This document shows, one piece after another, positions 8,884 to 16,749 of a stretch of 37,465 nt of DNA; position 1 is the stretch's first letter; every line of letters starts with the position of its first letter. The stretch spans positions 1 to 37,465 of IMG/VR virus record IMGVR_UViG_3300033077_000380. One strand, given 5' to 3'. The position numbers and the translations under genes were made by a program. This DNA comes from a virus. Taxonomy: Duplodnaviria; Caudoviricetes. The notes below the pieces were generated by a model, which saw only the letters and a program-made list of their open reading frames with translations, searched no databases and was not told where the DNA came from.

Positions 8884-9072
8884 TTATTTATATTCAGTGA
8901 AAAATGGCGCGTTAACACTTTTATATGGTATTAGTTCCGCTTTACTAAAATAAAACACCTTATGCGAGGGATAATCTACTAAACGCGCCGTGCGGCTTGA
9001 AGTTTTACAAAATAATGTATTATTTTTTTTGAATGTAGCGCCTAGCGCTATAGTCTTAAATGAAACTAACAT
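8884..9072 (-). CDS. Hypothetical early protein
   Basis: ORF track; GAGG RBS. Confidence 0.7.
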   Translation of the reverse strand: MLVSFKTIALGATFKKNNTLFCKTSSRTARLVDYPSHKVFYFSKAELIPYKSVNAPFFTEYK

Positions 9073-9073
9073 T

Positions 9074-9220
9074 TTATTGGCCTCTCAAGTATTGAATAAA
9101 ATCCGCCTTAGCCGCGCGGGTAGAATAAAAATAGTATTGCTTAGTCACTAAATAACCGTTATGAATAGCGCTTAATTCTAAGCTGCCGTTATGTTTGTTT
9201 TTATGTATTGTGATATCCAT
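9074..9220 (-). CDS. Hypothetical early protein (48 aa, MDITIHKNKHNGSLELSAIHNGYLVTKQYYFYS...)
   Basis: Translated by hand; fills the gap between its neighbours exactly; GAGGG RBS. Confidence 0.7.
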   Translation of the reverse strand: MDITIHKNKHNGSLELSAIHNGYLVTKQYYFYSTRAAKADFIQYLRGQ

Positions 9221-9222
9221 TG

Positions 9223-9492
9223 TTATGCCCTCACAAATTCATAGGCCATAAAAGCGGCCTTTTCAATACTTAACACAACACTAAAGCCGTTTTCATTGAT
9301 AGCTATATCGCTAGACTTAGGAAAATAAAACCATGAGCCGCCCTCAAATTGAATAGCATTAGACTGGCGCTTGATAATCTTTCGTTCAAGCCCTACTTGA
9401 ATTTTGCTTGAAGGCGTTAGCCAGTCATGGCGTACTAGTTTTAATGTAGCGCCTTCAACTAATTGTTTTTTTACGTCCGAAAATGTTTTCAT
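9223..9492 (-). CDS. Hypothetical early protein
   Basis: ORF track; operon context. Confidence 0.7.
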   Translation of the reverse strand: MKTFSDVKKQLVEGATLKLVRHDWLTPSSKIQVGLERKIIKRQSNAIQFEGGSWFYFPKSSDIAINENGFSVVLSIEKAAFMAYEFVRA

Positions 9493-9506
9493 GATTAAGC
9501 CGCCTT

Positions 9507-10205
9507 TTAATAAGTTTCAATATAGCCAATAAAATCTTTTTTATCGCCCGCAAGCGTGACAAGCTCTTTTATATTGCTATCAAGTATCATGCGACTATCA
9601 CCCGTTTCGCTATTGTATAGCTGAAAATCCGAACCCCTAACGTCAAGCGTTAGATTGTCATTGATTGAAAAGTGGCAGTCATCTAATAAAAAATATTCAT
9701 CACTAGCCTTAAATAATTTTGAGTCGGTATAGCCCCCTCTCACGTCGCAGCCATTATGTACTTGCAATAAATAATAAAACTCATCATTTAATTTTAGCTT
9801 TTGGCCTTGTAAACCTTGACTAAAGTGATTGTCCCAATTGTAAGTATTAAAACCTTCGCCTTCAGCTTCAAAGCCGTTAAAATCTAACCATTCAGATTGC
9901 TCAAGGCTTGCGCCATAATAATCACCGTCCCAATTATCACAATCGAGCGCGTTATATTCTTTACATAAGCTATTTTGCTCAAGTGTTTTTGTAAGATAAT
10001 GAAAAACGCTGATATTTATATCGAACCATTCACTTTCTAAATTCATTGTGGCTTCTGGTTCAGCGCGAAACTCATCAATTGAGCGTTTTTGGTTAGATTG
10101 CCAATGACGGCCATAAGCCCCGCCACTATCTAGCGGATGACTGCCAGTGTTAGTGATTAGCATTGAATAGATTAAGTCTTCAGTTTTCATGTTTAAATTT
10201 TTCAT
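9507..10205 (-). CDS. Acidic, aromatic-rich early protein of unknown function
   Basis: 232-aa ORF; motifs NTGSHPLDSGGAYGRHW and QVHNGCDVRGGYT; GAGGG RBS. Confidence 0.8.
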   Translation of the reverse strand: MKNLNMKTEDLIYSMLITNTGSHPLDSGGAYGRHWQSNQKRSIDEFRAEPEATMNLESEWFDINISVFHYLTKTLEQNSLCKEYNALDCDNWDGDYYGASLEQSEWLDFNGFEAEGEGFNTYNWDNHFSQGLQGQKLKLNDEFYYLLQVHNGCDVRGGYTDSKLFKASDEYFLLDDCHFSINDNLTLDVRGSDFQLYNSETGDSRMILDSNIKELVTLAGDKKDFIGYIETY

Positions 10206-10216
10206 ATATCCCTCGA

Positions 10217-10306
10217 TTAAATAACTAGCATTAAGAAAATAAAGCCATAAAAGAAAAGCGCGAAAGCAACGCCGCCAATAATCATGTCAAAAATTGAGTC
10301 ATTCAT
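10217..10306 (-). CDS. 29-aa single-TM peptide MNDSIFDMIIGGVAFALFFYGFIFLMLVI
   Basis: Translated by hand; AGGGGG RBS; fills the operon gap. Confidence 0.65.
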   Translation of the reverse strand: MNDSIFDMIIGGVAFALFFYGFIFLMLVI

Positions 10307-10308
10307 TT

Positions 10309-10491
10309 TTAAACCCCTTCGCTATTTAAAATAGTCATAATTTTACGCGCCGCTTGTATTGATAATTTTGGAAAAACAATTTTATAAGCGCCTATAACAT
10401 AACCAGCCGCGCTAAGTTTTGAGTTTGAATTTAATTTAACAATTTGCATAAAGCGGCTATTAACTTCTGGATACTGAATTAAAGCGTACAT
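10309..10491 (-). CDS. Hypothetical early protein (first gene of the leftward operon)
   Basis: ORF track; AGAGGG RBS. Confidence 0.65.
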   Translation of the reverse strand: MYALIQYPEVNSRFMQIVKLNSNSKLSAAGYVIGAYKIVFPKLSIQAARKIMTILNSEGV

Positions 10492-10535
10492 GTTTAAACC
10501 CTCTTAGTTATACGGCCTTTTTGTGCCGTTACGTA

Positions 10536-10565
10536 ATTATACCCGAGTCTTTTTATGAAAGTAAA
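10536..10565 (-). promoter_or_regulatory. Sigma70-type promoter of the leftward early operon
   Basis: TTTACT (10565-10560), 18 nt, perfect TATAAT (10541-10536). Confidence 0.7.
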
Positions 10566-10571
10566 ACTATT

Positions 10572-10990
10572 TTTGACAATATGCTTAATTATTGTCATTT
10601 ATTGTCACGGATTGGCAAGTTATTGTCATGAAATTGGCAAGTTTACAAAGGCGCGGAGGGCTTGGGGCGCTTAGCTTTTAGCTTGTTATTGGTCATATTG
10701 TCATTTATTTAAGAGTAAGAGTATAAATATATTATATATGTACTGTACGATCGTACAGGCGCAACCGTGTGCGACTTAAATTGCCATGACAATTTGACAA
10801 TATGGCCAATAAATTTACCCCGCGCATTTTGCATAAAGCAAAAAACATGGAAATGTTATCGCATGACAATATTGCCAATCTTTTCTAGATGACAATATTG
10901 CCAATCTTTTCTAGATGACAATATTGCCAATAAATGATCGCCTAGCTGCTAGCTTTTAGCGCGTGACAATCTGACAATCTGGCAATAATC
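10572..10990. repeat. Symmetric array of TG(A/C)CAAT motifs around an AT-rich stretch and a 16-bp palindrome (candidate replication origin)
   Basis: ATTG(T/G)CA at 10591, 10601, 10611, 10622, 10633 and 10697; TGACAAT/TGCCAAT from 10787 to ~10979; palindrome CTGTACGATCGTACAG at 10743-10758. Confidence 0.85.
10863..10931 (+). repeat. 26-bp tandem repeat ATGACAATATTGCCAATCTTTTCTAG x2.65
   Basis: Copies start at 10863, 10889 and 10915 (partial); no spacers. Confidence 0.95.
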
Positions 10991-11010
10991 CGTACGCCCG
11001 TAAGCATAAT

Positions 11011-11037
11011 TCTAAATGCGAATAGCTCTCATTTAGA
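11011..11037. promoter_or_regulatory. Imperfect palindrome resembling a Fur box
   Basis: TCTAAATGCGA-ATAGC-TCTCATTTAGA; core AATGCGAATAGCTCTCATT versus AATGAGAATnATTCTCATT. Confidence 0.4.
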
Positions 11038-11214
11038 TTGCTGTTTGCTTTGAGCTGGGGGGGGTAGGGCCTTGGGGTGACAGGTCACGGTGACGATGGT
11101 GTCAGAAGAAATTTTTTATTTTTAATGATTTTACGTATGGCATGGATTAAAAATAGGCGTATAACTATACTCATAGTGTACATCCCGTACATTTTGTAAA
11201 CTAGGAGATACAAC

Positions 11215-11286
11215 ATGTGGACTAAACCAGCTGCTACTGAAATGCGTTTCGGCTTTGAAGTAACAATGTACGTAATGAACAAATAA
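11215..11286 (+). CDS. pqqA: Pyrroloquinoline quinone precursor peptide PqqA (MWTKPAATEMRFGFEVTMYVMNK)
   Basis: Translated by hand; MW-x-KP...R-x-GFE-V-T-x-Y signature with the ExxxY core; AGGAG RBS at 11203-11207; hairpin downstream. Confidence 0.95.
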   Translation: MWTKPAATEMRFGFEVTMYVMNK

Positions 11287-11310
11287 TTAAACGCAAAAAA
11301 GTGATATATT

Positions 11311-11343
11311 GACAGCCCCCTTAAATGGGGGTTTGTTATTTAA
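11311..11343 (+). terminator. Putative terminator after pqqA
   Basis: GACAGCCCCC-TTAAAT-GGGGGTTTGTT followed by a T-rich tail. Confidence 0.6.
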
Positions 11344-11346
11344 TTC

Positions 11347-11375
11347 TTGACAATCCGCACAATTCAAAATACCAT
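11347..11375 (+). promoter_or_regulatory. Sigma70-type promoter for the terminase genes
   Basis: TTGACA 11347-11352, 17 nt, TACCAT 11370-11375; predicted +1 at about ATG 11382. Confidence 0.75.
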
Positions 11376-11381
11376 GCGAGT

Positions 11382-11786
11382 ATGACATTCCTCTCGATAC
11401 CTTTTTCGCCACGCGAGGTAAAGGCAACTGAGTCTCGCTTACAGGCCATTTACGATGCAGCAAAGCTTGGGTTGAAGAACGACTCATTGGCGCTGGCTGC
11501 AGGCATGTTGCCATCCGAGTATCGGCAACTCTGCCAGGTCGACCCTGTAGCGGAGATGGCAGCGTTCAAAGGTAAGGCAGACGGTGAACGCGAGATGGCG
11601 CAACATCTAGTAGCTGCCGCCCGTGAAGGCGACGCTAAGTCAGCCCTCGCCGTGTTGCAACATGTACACGGCTGGACAGCCAAGCAAGAGATCAGCGTGG
11701 ATGTGTACCAACGCATTAGTATTACTCAAGCCTTGCAAGAGGCACAATCGCGTATCATTGAAGGTACCGTCGTAGACAACCAATAA
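11382..11786 (+). CDS. terS: Terminase small subunit (putative)
   Basis: Immediately upstream of TerL with TAATG overlap; HTH-like N-terminus; start re-assigned to ATG 11382. Confidence 0.75.
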   Translation: MTFLSIPFSPREVKATESRLQAIYDAAKLGLKNDSLALAAGMLPSEYRQLCQVDPVAEMAAFKGKADGEREMAQHLVAAAREGDAKSALAVLQHVHGWTAKQEISVDVYQRISITQALQEAQSRIIEGTVVDNQ

Positions 11787-13312
11787 TGCAGCTACCTATC
11801 TATAGTTCGGACGAAGAACAGTTATTAATGTCAAGGCTGTGGGACCCGCGTGTTGCGGACGACCCTGAAGCGTTCGTGTTATTTGCGTTCCCGTGGGGAC
11901 AAGCCAACACGCCGTTAGCAAAGTTCAAGGGGCCAAGACAATGGCAACGGGACGTGCTAAGGACAATCGCCAAGCACATCAAGGACAACCGCGGTGAAGT
12001 CGACATGACAACGCTACGTGAGGCAGTCAGCTCAGGGCGGGGGATCGGTAAGTCGGCGCTAGTGAGCTGGCTAATACTGTGGATGTTAACGACACGCATA
12101 GGGTCTAGTGTAGTGGTGTCAGCTAACAGCGAGTCGCAGCTCAGGTCAGTCACCTGGGGCGAGCTGACTAAGTGGCAGGCCATGATCATTAACTCCCATT
12201 GGTGGGAGATAAGCGCAACTAAGCTCGTGCCAGCTAAGTGGGTGTGTGAGCTAGTCGAGCGCGACCTCAAAAAAGGGACGCGGTACTGGGCGGCTGAGGG
12301 TAAGCTGTGGTCAGAGGAGAACCCAGACAGTTACGCGGGTGTGCATAACCACGACGGCATGATGTTAATATTTGATGAAGCAAGCGGTATACCTGACGCG
12401 ATCTGGTCAGTTGGGGCGGGCTTCTTCACGGAGAACATATTAGATCGGTATTGGTTCGCGTTCAGCAACCCGCGCCGTAACCAAGGCTACTTCTTTGAGT
12501 GTTTCAACTCTAAGCGCGACTTTTGGCATGGGAGACAGATAGATGCACGTCAGGTCGAGGATACGGATAAAGCGGTATATGAACAGATTATTGCCGAGTA
12601 TGGTGAGGACTCGTCACAGGCGCGGGTCGAGGTTTACGGTGAGTTTCCATCGGCAGGCGAAGATCAGTTTATCAGTCCTACACTTGTCGAGGACGCTTTC
12701 AAACGAGAGAGGTACAAAGATACTTCTGCGCCGATTGTTATCGGGGTAGACCCAGCACGAGGAGGGGCAGATAGCACAGTCATCTTAGTGCGTCAAGGGC
12801 GTGACATCATTAGCATCAAGCGGTACCAAGGCGAGGACACGATGTCTATCGTTGGACGCGTCATTGAAGCAATAGAAGAGTTTAATCCAGTCTTGACAGT
12901 GATTGACGAAGGTGGTCTAGGGTATGGCATATTGGATCGACTTACCGAGCAAAGATATAAGGTGCGCGGTGTGAATTTTGGGTCAAGAGCCAAGAACAGC
13001 ATTATGTGGGGCAACAAACGGGCTGAGATGTGGGGCGCCATGCGCGACTGGCTGAAAACTGCCAGCATCCCAGAGGATAGAAAACTAAAGTCAGACCTAA
13101 CAGGTCCAATGAAGAAGCCAAACAGTAGCGGTACGATCTTTTTAGAAGGTAAGAAAGAGATGAAGGCAAGAGGCATGGCAAGTCCAGATGCAGCGGACGC
13201 ACTATGTGTTACTTTTGCATTTCCAGTAGCGCATCGTGAGTATGTTGACAAAGGTGTAAAAAAGTCGTATGCTAACGGTGGCGGTATATCTAACTCATGG
13301 ATGGGGTCATAA
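11786..13312 (+). CDS. terL: Terminase large subunit
   Basis: Walker A SSGRGIGKS, Walker B LIFDEAS, FSNP, nuclease motifs GVDPARGG and SPDAADA. Confidence 0.93.
   Translation: MQLPIYSSDEEQLLMSRLWDPRVADDPEAFVLFAFPWGQANTPLAKFKGPRQWQRDVLRTIAKHIKDNRGEVDMTTLREAVSSGRGIGKSALVSWLILWMLTTRIGSSVVVSANSESQLRSVTWGELTKWQAMIINSHWWEISATKLVPAKWVCELVERDLKKGTRYWAAEGKLWSEENPDSYAGVHNHDGMMLIFDEASGIPDAIWSVGAGFFTENILDRYWFAFSNPRRNQGYFFECFNSKRDFWHGRQIDARQVEDTDKAVYEQIIAEYGEDSSQARVEVYGEFPSAGEDQFISPTLVEDAFKRERYKDTSAPIVIGVDPARGGADSTVILVRQGRDIISIKRYQGEDTMSIVGRVIEAIEEFNPVLTVIDEGGLGYGILDRLTEQRYKVRGVNFGSRAKNSIMWGNKRAEMWGAMRDWLKTASIPEDRKLKSDLTGPMKKPNSSGTIFLEGKKEMKARGMASPDAADALCVTFAFPVAHREYVDKGVKKSYANGGGISNSWMGS
13245..13273 (+). 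promoter_or_regulatory. Sigma70-type promoter inside the 3' end of terL, facing the structural operon
   Basis: TTGACA 13245-13250, 17 nt, TATGCT 13268-13273. Confidence 0.7.
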
Positions 13313-13313
13313 A

Positions 13314-13595
13314 ATGGCTACAAAAAAAGCACATGACAAACCTATTGCGCACACCACAAAAGGTAAAGACGCAAACTACAAGCCTACAGAGAAAGGCGCT
13401 GGCATGACAGCTAAAGGTCGTGCAGAGTATAACGCTAAGAACGGTAGTAACTTAAAAGCACCAGCACCAAGCCCAAAGACAAAAGCAGACGAAGGTCGTA
13501 AAGCATCGTTCTGTGCTAGAATGGGTGGCGTAGTTAAAAATGCTAAAGGTGAAGCACCTAGAGCAAAAGCAGCCCTTAAAAAATGGAAATGTTAA
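13314..13595 (+). CDS. Small Lys-rich protein (DUF6321-like)
   Basis: G-x-T-x-KGR...NLKAP...RKASFCARM...ALKKWKC; start ATG 13314. Confidence 0.75.
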   Translation: MATKKAHDKPIAHTTKGKDANYKPTEKGAGMTAKGRAEYNAKNGSNLKAPAPSPKTKADEGRKASFCARMGGVVKNAKGEAPRAKAALKKWKC

Positions 13596-13605
13596 GGACA
13601 TTATT

Positions 13606-13761
13606 ATGGCAGCTAAACCAGGTTTATACGCAAACATACACGCAAAGCAAGAACGCATCAAAGCAGGCTCAGGCGAAAAGATGAAAAAGCCTGGTGCTAA
13701 AGGCGCACCAACAGCTAAAGACTTTAAAGAGTCAGCTAAGACAGCTAAAAAAGGTAAATAA
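13606..13761 (+). CDS. Small Lys-rich protein (GLYANIHAK type)
   Basis: AAGGA RBS and ATG 13606; 51 aa. Confidence 0.75.
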   Translation: MAAKPGLYANIHAKQERIKAGSGEKMKKPGAKGAPTAKDFKESAKTAKKGK

Positions 13762-13762
13762 A

Positions 13763-13903
13763 ATGCCATTAAAGAAATCACCAAGCAAAAGTGCGTTTCG
13801 TGAAAACGTTAAAGCAGAAATTAAAGCAGGCAAACCAATTAAACAAGCGGTTGCAATTTCGTACGCAGTAAAAAGAGAAGCGACTAAAAAAGGTAACAAA
13901 TGA
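13763..13903 (+). CDS. Small Lys-rich protein (MPLKK...KQAVAI type)
   Basis: AAGGT RBS and ATG 13763; 46 aa; ATGA overlap with groES. Confidence 0.75.
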   Translation: MPLKKSPSKSAFRENVKAEIKAGKPIKQAVAISYAVKREATKKGNK

Positions 13904-14178
13904 GACTTAAGCCATTAAGCGACTGCATTGTAGTTGAACAAGACGAAGAAGTAGCAAGTAGCATTATTTTTGTACCAGGTGCTAAGAAGTTGTTTAGCGG
14001 ATACGTACGCGCAATCGGCCCAGGAAAAAAATTAGAAAATGGAAAACTATCAAATATGGATGTTCAAGTTGGGGATCATATTATGTTTGGTGAGTACACA
14101 GGTCAAACGACGACTATCGACGGTAAAGATTACCTAATGATGCGTAACACGGAAGTGATTGGACTGATAAATGAGTGA
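13900..14178 (+). CDS. groES: Co-chaperonin GroES (Cpn10)
   Basis: LKPLSD.IVV, G.V.AIGPG, VQVGDHIMFGEYTG, DGKDYLMM. Confidence 0.9.
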   Translation: MRLKPLSDCIVVEQDEEVASSIIFVPGAKKLFSGYVRAIGPGKKLENGKLSNMDVQVGDHIMFGEYTGQTTTIDGKDYLMMRNTEVIGLINE

Positions 14179-16390
14179 TGAAATGGTAACCGTCGGTGTT
14201 GTCGCTAATGGCGGCAACAACAAAAACGATCCTAGGGATATGCTTGCTACCATGCGTAGCCGTTTTTCTATGGCGGTTTCTGCTTACTCAGAGTCAAGAG
14301 AAGATGAGCTTGACGACTTACGTTTTGAAGCGGGTTCGCCTGACAACCAATGGCAATGGCCTGCGGATGTGTTAGCAACACGCGGTTCAGTACAAGGCCA
14401 AACAATTAATGCTAGACCTTGCTTAACAATCAACAAGTTACCGCAACACGTTCATCAAGTTACTAATGAACAACGCCAAAACCGACCTTCGGTGAAGGTA
14501 ATTCCTGTGGATGATAATGCTGACGTAGAGGTCGCAGAAATATTCGAGGGAGTGATTAGGCATATTGAATATATCTCAGATGCAGATGTCGCATACGACA
14601 CCGCATGTGAAAATCAGGTCACCTATGGTGAAGGTTACATCCGTGTACTAACTAAATATTGCGACGACAATACATTTGATCAAGACATCTACATTGGTCG
14701 CATCCGCAATTCCTTTAGCGTGTACATGGACCCTACAATCCAAGACCCAACTGGCGCTGATGCTGAATGGTGTTTTATTACAGAAGATATGACAAAAGCT
14801 GAATATGAGCGTCAATTTCCTGATGCTGCACCAATTTCAGCGATTATGCAACAAGGTGTAGGCGATTCTTCATTAAGCCAATGGTTAACAGAAGATACAG
14901 TCCGTATTGCAGAGTATTTTTACATAGATCACACGCCGTCTAAGCTAAATCTATACCGTGGCAACATCTCAGTTGTAGAGAATAGCCCTGAAGATAAGCA
15001 AATGAAAGAGATGGGTCAAAAACCTATCAAGTCACGTACTGCTGACGTTAAAAAAGTCAAGTGGCTAAAGACAAACGGCTTTGAAATCTTACAAGAACAA
15101 GAGTGGGCAGGTTGCTACATCCCTGTCGTGCGTGTAGTTGGTAACGAGTATGAAGTAGATGGACGATTGTACGTGTCTGGCCTTATACGTAATGCAAAAG
15201 ATGCACAACGTATGTACAACTACTGGGTTTCACAAGAAGCTGAGATGTTGGCATTGGCACCAAAAGCGCCATTTATTGGTTACGGCGGTCAATTTGAAGG
15301 CTATGAGTCTCAATGGAAAACTGCAAACACGACAAATTGGCCTTATTTAGAGGTTAACCCTGACGTAACTGACGGTGCGGGTAGTGTTTTACCTTTACCG
15401 CAACGTGCGCAACCACCAATGGCTTCTAGCGGTCTATTACAAGCAAAAGCAGGCGCTTCAGACGATATTAAGTCATCTACAGGTCAATATGATTCTAGTT
15501 TAGGTGCAACAAGCAACGAACGCTCAGGAAAAGCGATTTTAGCAAGAGAAAAACAAGGTGATACGGGTACATACCACTATATTGACAATTTAGCACGTGC
15601 TATTCGCCATATTGGACGTCAATTAGTGGATTTAATCCCTAAAATCTACGATACAGAGCGCGTAGCACGTATTATTGGCATTGATGGCGAAGTAAAATCA
15701 GCAAAAATTAACCCTGATCAGCCTGAACCAATCAAGAAAATAGTGGACGAATCAGGCATTGTAATTGAGAAAATCTACAATCCTAGCGTCGGTAAGTACG
15801 ACATTGCGGTGTCTACTGGTCCAAGTTACATGACAAAACGTCAAGAATCACTAGATGCGATGAGCCAATTATTGCAAGGCAACCCACAATTGTGGCAAGT
15901 AGCTGGCGATTTGTTTGTTAAGAACATGGATTGGCCTGGCGCACAAGAAATGGCTAAACGTTTTGCTAAAACAATTGATCCTAAGCTATTAAACGATGCA
16001 GAAGATAACCCAGCATTAGCAGCCGCACAGCAACAGATGGAAGCGATGGGTAAAGAGCTGGATCAACTACATGGCATGCTACAAAACGTTAGCAAGTCTA
16101 TGGAAGCGCAAGATTTACAGATTAAACAGTTTGATAGCGAAGTTAAAGCATACGATGCAGAAACTAAACGTATTAGCGCAATTCAAGCGTCTATGTCACC
16201 AGAACAAATACAAGACATTGTAATGGGTACGGTGCATGGTATGATTACAAGTGGCGACTTAGTGGGTGAAATGCCAGGTCGAGACCAAGATGTAGCTGGC
16301 GCACCTGAAATGCCTAACGAAGCGCAAGAACAACAACCAATGGCACCGCAAGGGCAACCAATGATGCCACCTGAAGGGATGCAACAATGA
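14171..16390 (+). CDS. Portal protein (P22-like)
   Basis: 739 aa after TerL; QW...RPCLTINK, KDAQRMYN, SGKAILAR; C-terminal coiled-coil barrel. Confidence 0.9.
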   Translation: MSDEMVTVGVVANGGNNKNDPRDMLATMRSRFSMAVSAYSESREDELDDLRFEAGSPDNQWQWPADVLATRGSVQGQTINARPCLTINKLPQHVHQVTNEQRQNRPSVKVIPVDDNADVEVAEIFEGVIRHIEYISDADVAYDTACENQVTYGEGYIRVLTKYCDDNTFDQDIYIGRIRNSFSVYMDPTIQDPTGADAEWCFITEDMTKAEYERQFPDAAPISAIMQQGVGDSSLSQWLTEDTVRIAEYFYIDHTPSKLNLYRGNISVVENSPEDKQMKEMGQKPIKSRTADVKKVKWLKTNGFEILQEQEWAGCYIPVVRVVGNEYEVDGRLYVSGLIRNAKDAQRMYNYWVSQEAEMLALAPKAPFIGYGGQFEGYESQWKTANTTNWPYLEVNPDVTDGAGSVLPLPQRAQPPMASSGLLQAKAGASDDIKSSTGQYDSSLGATSNERSGKAILAREKQGDTGTYHYIDNLARAIRHIGRQLVDLIPKIYDTERVARIIGIDGEVKSAKINPDQPEPIKKIVDESGIVIEKIYNPSVGKYDIAVSTGPSYMTKRQESLDAMSQLLQGNPQLWQVAGDLFVKNMDWPGAQEMAKRFAKTIDPKLLNDAEDNPALAAAQQQMEAMGKELDQLHGMLQNVSKSMEAQDLQIKQFDSEVKAYDAETKRISAIQASMSPEQIQDIVMGTVHGMITSGDLVGEMPGRDQDVAGAPEMPNEAQEQQPMAPQGQPMMPPEGMQQ

Positions 16391-16749
16391 AAGCCTGTGA
16401 CTTTGTAGGGATACTATTCTTAGCACGAGATGTAACGCACTCCGTTCATCTTAATACTCGTAGCTATTCAAAGCATAAAGCACTACAAAAGTTTTACGAA
16501 AACATTATTGAATTAGCGGATACTTTTGCTGAAGCTTATCAAGGCCGTCATGGTTTAATGGGACCTATATCGCTACAGTCAGCTAAAAAGACAACTAATG
16601 TGCTTGAGTTTTTAGAAAGTCAATTAGAAGAAATTGAAACTGATCGCTATAAAGTATGTGATAAAGAAGATACCGCAATACAGAATTTAATTGACGAAGT
16701 AGTAGCGCTATACTTATCTACAATCTATAGATTAAGGTTCTTAGCATGA
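16387..16749 (+). CDS. Ferritin/Dps-like four-helix protein (DUF5856-like)
   Basis: HSVHLNTRSYSKHKAL..FYE...D.FAE.YQG and IQNLIDE. Confidence 0.6.
   Translation: MKACDFVGILFLARDVTHSVHLNTRSYSKHKALQKFYENIIELADTFAEAYQGRHGLMGPISLQSAKKTTNVLEFLESQLEEIETDRYKVCDKEDTAIQNLIDEVVALYLSTIYRLRFLA

Noticed and set aside
10743-10758. N15-like telomere resolution site
   Set aside because: No protelomerase or tyrosine recombinase recognised, and the palindrome is short
10863-10931. Mini CRISPR array
   Set aside because: The 26-bp units are directly tandem with no unique spacers, and there is no cas operon
11137-11171. A defined pqqA promoter
   Set aside because: -10-like TATAAC and TATACT are present but the -35 matches are weak, so I did not call it
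11085-11282. 65-aa minus-strand ORF in the track
   Set aside because: It is the antisense shadow of pqqA, which has the RBS and the family signature
11800-13251. Long antisense or alternate-frame ORFs in terL, and similar ones in polA, primase, scaffold and ejection genes
   Set aside because: They lie within well-supported genes and show no recognisable motifs
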